Source of the DNA: an uncultured Mollicutes bacterium
GTDB lineage: Bacteria; Bacillota_I; Bacilli_A; RFN20; CAG-826
Direction: 5' to 3'
DNA length: 64,000 nucleotides
Assembly: GCA_900540385.1 (NCBI GenBank)
Contig: UQFY01000010.1
Location: 7,220 to 71,219, forward strand
How positions within the stretch are numbered: position 1 is the first letter of the stretch; every line of letters starts with the position of its first letter. Position numbers and translations under genes: made by a program. The notes under the pieces were generated by a model that saw nothing but the letters and a program-made list of their open reading frames with translations, did not search any database and was not told the origin of the DNA. This document shows, piece after piece, positions 61,153 through 64,000 of the stretch.

Positions 61153-61775
61153 AATTAACGATTTTTATCTTACTTGCTATTTTTGTTTTTGGAGGAATTC
61201 TTTTTTGGTTCCTTTTCCCCCTCATTCGCAGGAAACTATTTTCGTCTCGCTACAAACGTTTTTATTACGACTATGTGAATCATGTCGTGAAATATAACGA
61301 TTTTTATTTGATAAACAATCTTGCCTTTGATGTAGGAGACGCCCAAACATTAAGCATTGATCATTTAATTGGCGGAGATAAATACATCTACGTCATTATT
61401 GATTACTATGTCGATGGAGGTATCAAAATTGATCCTCTTCAACCAATTTCCTATGTTTATAAGAAAGATGATAAGAAATTTGAAATCGCAAACCCTTTGC
61501 AAGTAGTGGCTCATTCCATGACCAAGTTATCCTCTCTTTCTGGTATCTCTAGCGAATTTTTAGTTGGCATCGTTTTAATCAACGATGATTGTAATGTGGT
61601 TTCCATTGAAAATGGTTCATCTCCTGTTAATATTGTTAGGCTTCGTGAATTATCTAAATTCATTGGAGAATATGAAAAAAGGCCGGTGAAGCCATTTGTC
61701 TCAAGACAACTTTGGCAAGCCATCCAAGATTTACATACCATTAAAGAAAATGTCCAATCCAGAAAAAAACAATAA
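61137..61775 (+). CDS. Membrane-anchored protein with degenerate NERD-like domain
   Basis: 212 aa. N-terminal TM helix. The segment LSIDHLIGGDKYIYVIIDYY..G resembles the NERD core, but the acidic/Lys catalytic positions are not evident. Confidence 0.5.
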   Translation: MPYEVKLTIFILLAIFVFGGILFWFLFPLIRRKLFSSRYKRFYYDYVNHVVKYNDFYLINNLAFDVGDAQTLSIDHLIGGDKYIYVIIDYYVDGGIKIDPLQPISYVYKKDDKKFEIANPLQVVAHSMTKLSSLSGISSEFLVGIVLINDDCNVVSIENGSSPVNIVRLRELSKFIGEYEKRPVKPFVSRQLWQAIQDLHTIKENVQSRKKQ

Positions 61776-62879
61776 ACATTCAGCAAACGAAAGCGTTCTT
61801 TCGACTTCTTTTAAGGAATATCCAAAGACCTTAAAGAAACTTTTACCATGGCTTATTAATTTTATTTTCGTTGTTATTGCCGTCTCAGCCCTCTCTTTTT
61901 AACCCCGTTTAGTCTTTTCTTTACCATACCTCTTGCGGTTATTCCTTTCTTTTTTGCCCTTCAGGTATCAGACTCTTATATTCATTTAAAAGATGATTTA
62001 GACAATAAACGTTTTGCTGCTTACCTCAAATCCTATTTTTTGCCAGTTAACTTCGGCTGTTTCCGTATTGTTCGTTCTGCCTTATTTAGTCTTTTGATTT
62101 CTTTTGGTGTCGCCTTCCTCTTTGGCTTTGCTTATATTGAAATCTCTCTTTTGAATGGGGTGGATATGAATGCCATTTTGAATACCTTCCTCGAAGCCTA
62201 TCAAGCTGGCGATACCGAAGGCATGAATGCAATTTTAAATTCCGAACCAATGCTTTCTTTAATGACTTGGACGGGAGTTGTTGAAAGTGTTTCTTTTGCG
62301 CTTTCCTTCCTCTTCCATATCTATCGTTACGGCGTTCTTGCTTATTTTCATTTCTCCATTCAAGGAGTGGATGCAAGAACGGTGAACGCTTTCTATAAAG
62401 CGGCATTACGTTCCACACGTACGAAAGGCTATAACAAAGACTATTTCTCCGTGATTTGGCCGATGTTACTTTTGAGTGTTCTTTCTTTAGGACTTGGAAT
62501 TTATTTTGGCTATTTATTGACTACAATTGAATCCGTTTCTCTCTTCTTCCAAAACAATTCCTATTTCCAAAGCAACCAACTTATTTCTTTAACGGCAGTT
62601 CTCACGATGTTGCTCTTTGTCACTCTCTTCTTGCCTTATTATTTTGACTCGATGATTCTTCTATATCAAAAATATGAATTGTCTTTTGGACAGGCTGCAT
62701 TGGAGTTTGCTCAAGAAACAATCAATCAGCTAAAACAAACAGAACAACTCTCTAAAGAAGAACGAGAAGAAATCGAAAAGAATCTCTCTAGTTTAAAGAA
62801 ACAGCAAGAAGATCTCGATAGCAAAGAAAAAGAAGAGAAGAAGCAAGACGATTCTTCTGATGATGAAAATCGTCAATAA
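61750..62879 (+). pseudogene. Polytopic membrane protein gene split by a frameshift at a T5 run (or a genuinely split gene)
   Basis: The ORF from ATG 61750 stops at 61900-61902. The adjacent frame is open from 61860 and encodes TM-like sequence (TPFSLFFTIPLAVIPFFFAL) with no ATG or GTG before 62040. One extra T in the run 61896-61900 would fuse them into about 377 aa. Confidence 0.55.
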
Positions 62880-62899
62880 AACTCCCTAAAAACAAAAAT

Positions 62900-62929
62900 A
62901 GTGGTGGAAGAAAAACCGCCACTTTTTTC
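62900..62929 (+). terminator. Rho-independent terminator
   Basis: AGTGGTGG-8-nt loop-CCGCCACT followed by TTTTT. Confidence 0.75.
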
Positions 62930-62951
62930 TTGGTCAATTTAGCCAATAAAA

Positions 62952-62976
62952 GAAAAAACCTCTCGAACGGAGAGGC
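62952..62976 (-). terminator. Terminator after tRNA-Gly(GCC)
   Basis: Minus strand: CCTCTC-CGTTC-GAGAGG followed by TTTTTT. Confidence 0.75.
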
Positions 62977-62990
62977 CTAGAAATAAAAAA

Positions 62991-63064
62991 TGGAGCAGGC
63001 GACGGGAATCGGACCCGCGTATCCACCTTGGCAAGGTGGTGTTCTACCATTGAACTACGCCTGC
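62991..63064 (-). tRNA. tRNA-Gly (anticodon GCC)
   Basis: Minus strand: acceptor GCAGGCG/CGCCTGC, anticodon stem CCACC/GGTGG, loop TTGCCAA. The T-arm GCGGG-TCCGATT-CCCGT has C at position 55. Discriminator T, encoded CCA. Confidence 0.88.
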
Positions 63065-63173
63065 ATCACGTCACTTGACGCGAGGATTATTATAGCCATC
63101 TAAAAGGTAATACGCAATAGCAAAATTACGATATCTGTTTTATAATTTTTTCCGTTATTTAGAAGGAGCGAAT

Positions 63174-64000
63174 ATGGCTACATACGAAGACTTAGCAGAA
63201 TTATTATTCCCTGATGTTACCGAAACAATAGAAGATTTAGAAAAACGTTTCCCAGAACGTCATTTACCCGAAGGGGCTCAAGTGACACGTTTTGCTCCTT
63301 CGCCAACTGGCTTCCTTCATACCGGTTCTTTGTTTACCGCTTTTATTGCTTATACCTTAGCCAAGCAATCTCAAGGCGTTTATTTCTTCCGCTTGGAAGA
63401 TACGGACACAAAGCGTACTATCGCTGGTAGTGCGGATGAATTAATTGAGCAACTCGCTCAATTTGGCATTGTTGCCGACGAAGGGTATTTCCCTGGCGAA
63501 GATAAAGGCAATTATGGACCTTATCAGCAATCCAAACGTGCTGGCATCTATAAAATTGTGATTAAGGAACTTGTTCGCCAAGGAATGGCCTATCCTGATT
63601 TCATGACGGCAGATGAACTTGGAGCCTTAAGAAAATTCCAAGAAGACAATAAGATTCTTCCTGGCTACTATGGCCCATATGCAAGAGATAGAAAACTTTC
63701 TGTCGATGAAGCCATTGAAAAAATCAAAGCTGGTACACCATGGGTTATTCGTTATAAATCCATGGGCGATCACAATAAGAAAATCAAATTTACCGATCGT
63801 ATCCGTGGCACAATTGAACTTGCCGATAACGATGTGGATATTGTCATTTTAAAAAGTGATGGCCTTCCTACCTACCATTTTGCACACGTCGTTGACGACC
63901 ATTTCATGAGAACAACAGTTGTTACAAGAGGAGAGGAGTGGATTCCGTCAACTCCTATTCACCTTCAACTTTTCCGTTCTTTGAACTGGAAAGCGCCAAA
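63174..64000 (+). CDS. gltX: Glutamate--tRNA ligase, N-terminal ~275 aa (3' end outside window)
   Basis: Not in the ORF track because no stop falls in the window. GAAGGAG ribosome-binding site, ATG at 63174. My own translation gives RFAPSPTGFLHTGS (HIGH), RLEDTDTKR and LKSDGLPTYHFAHVVDDHFM..TVVTRGEEW. Confidence 0.9.
   Translation, partial: MATYEDLAELLFPDVTETIEDLEKRFPERHLPEGAQVTRFAPSPTGFLHTGSLFTAFIAYTLAKQSQGVYFFRLEDTDTKRTIAGSADELIEQLAQFGIVADEGYFPGEDKGNYGPYQQSKRAGIYKIVIKELVRQGMAYPDFMTADELGALRKFQEDNKILPGYYGPYARDRKLSVDEAIEKIKAGTPWVIRYKSMGDHNKKIKFTDRIRGTIELADNDVDIVILKSDGLPTYHFAHVVDDHFMRTTVVTRGEEWIPSTPIHLQLFRSLNWKAP

Noticed and set aside
63065-63173. Possible T-box leader upstream of gltX
   Set aside because: The region is only about 110 nt. 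It has no T-box sequence (AAUUAGGGUGGUACCGCG-like), no specifier-loop architecture and no terminator.
1-64000. CRISPR arrays, rRNA operons, IS elements, large DNA-level tandem repeats
   Set aside because: I saw none on visual inspection of either strand. The only repeats are the protein-level repeats in 31158-32174, a 14-bp direct repeat, and similar terminator hairpins.

Overview
AT-rich, densely coding chromosomal segment with about 60 protein genes and 10 tRNAs. I found no rRNA, CRISPR array, transposase or integrase. Gene content points to a low-GC Firmicutes/Mollicutes-related bacterium (Erysipelotrichia- or Acholeplasma-like): fused ABC ATPase-FtsX permeases, an ECF-type ThiT, lipoproteins, and Bacillus-like rny-ymdB and miaB-ymcA neighbourhoods. 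The standard code applies (TGA is a stop, Trp is TGG). Most genes are housekeeping: rny-ymdB-miaB-miaA-fhs, ychF-ispF-argS-rpoE, ispD-S1-pgi, thyA-folA, mgtE, pduL, metK, hpf, upp/apt, hslO, a heterodimeric ABC exporter pair, cdaA-deoD and a partial gltX. Regulatory RNAs include a clear TPP riboswitch before thiT, and a terminator-containing metK leader with SAM-I-like architecture but a divergent sequence. The observations most worth a second look are: (1) a recurring -10 hexamer, 6-7 nt, ATG arrangement without a Shine-Dalgarno at many operon-first genes, suggesting leaderless mRNAs; (2) a two-gene toxin-antitoxin-like module whose zeta/COG4185-type P-loop protein has Arg in place of the Walker A Lys; (3) a MiaB fused to a YmcA/RicA-like domain next to rny; (4) two tRNAs with C at T-loop position 55; (5) a small islet (XRE-GNAT fusion plus a RhuM-like protein) next to tRNA-Gly; (6) two genes broken at homopolymer runs; and (7) several unknown membrane or surface proteins and domain fusions. 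No complete, obviously novel multi-gene system is proven. All homology calls rest on motif recognition by eye and need database confirmation.
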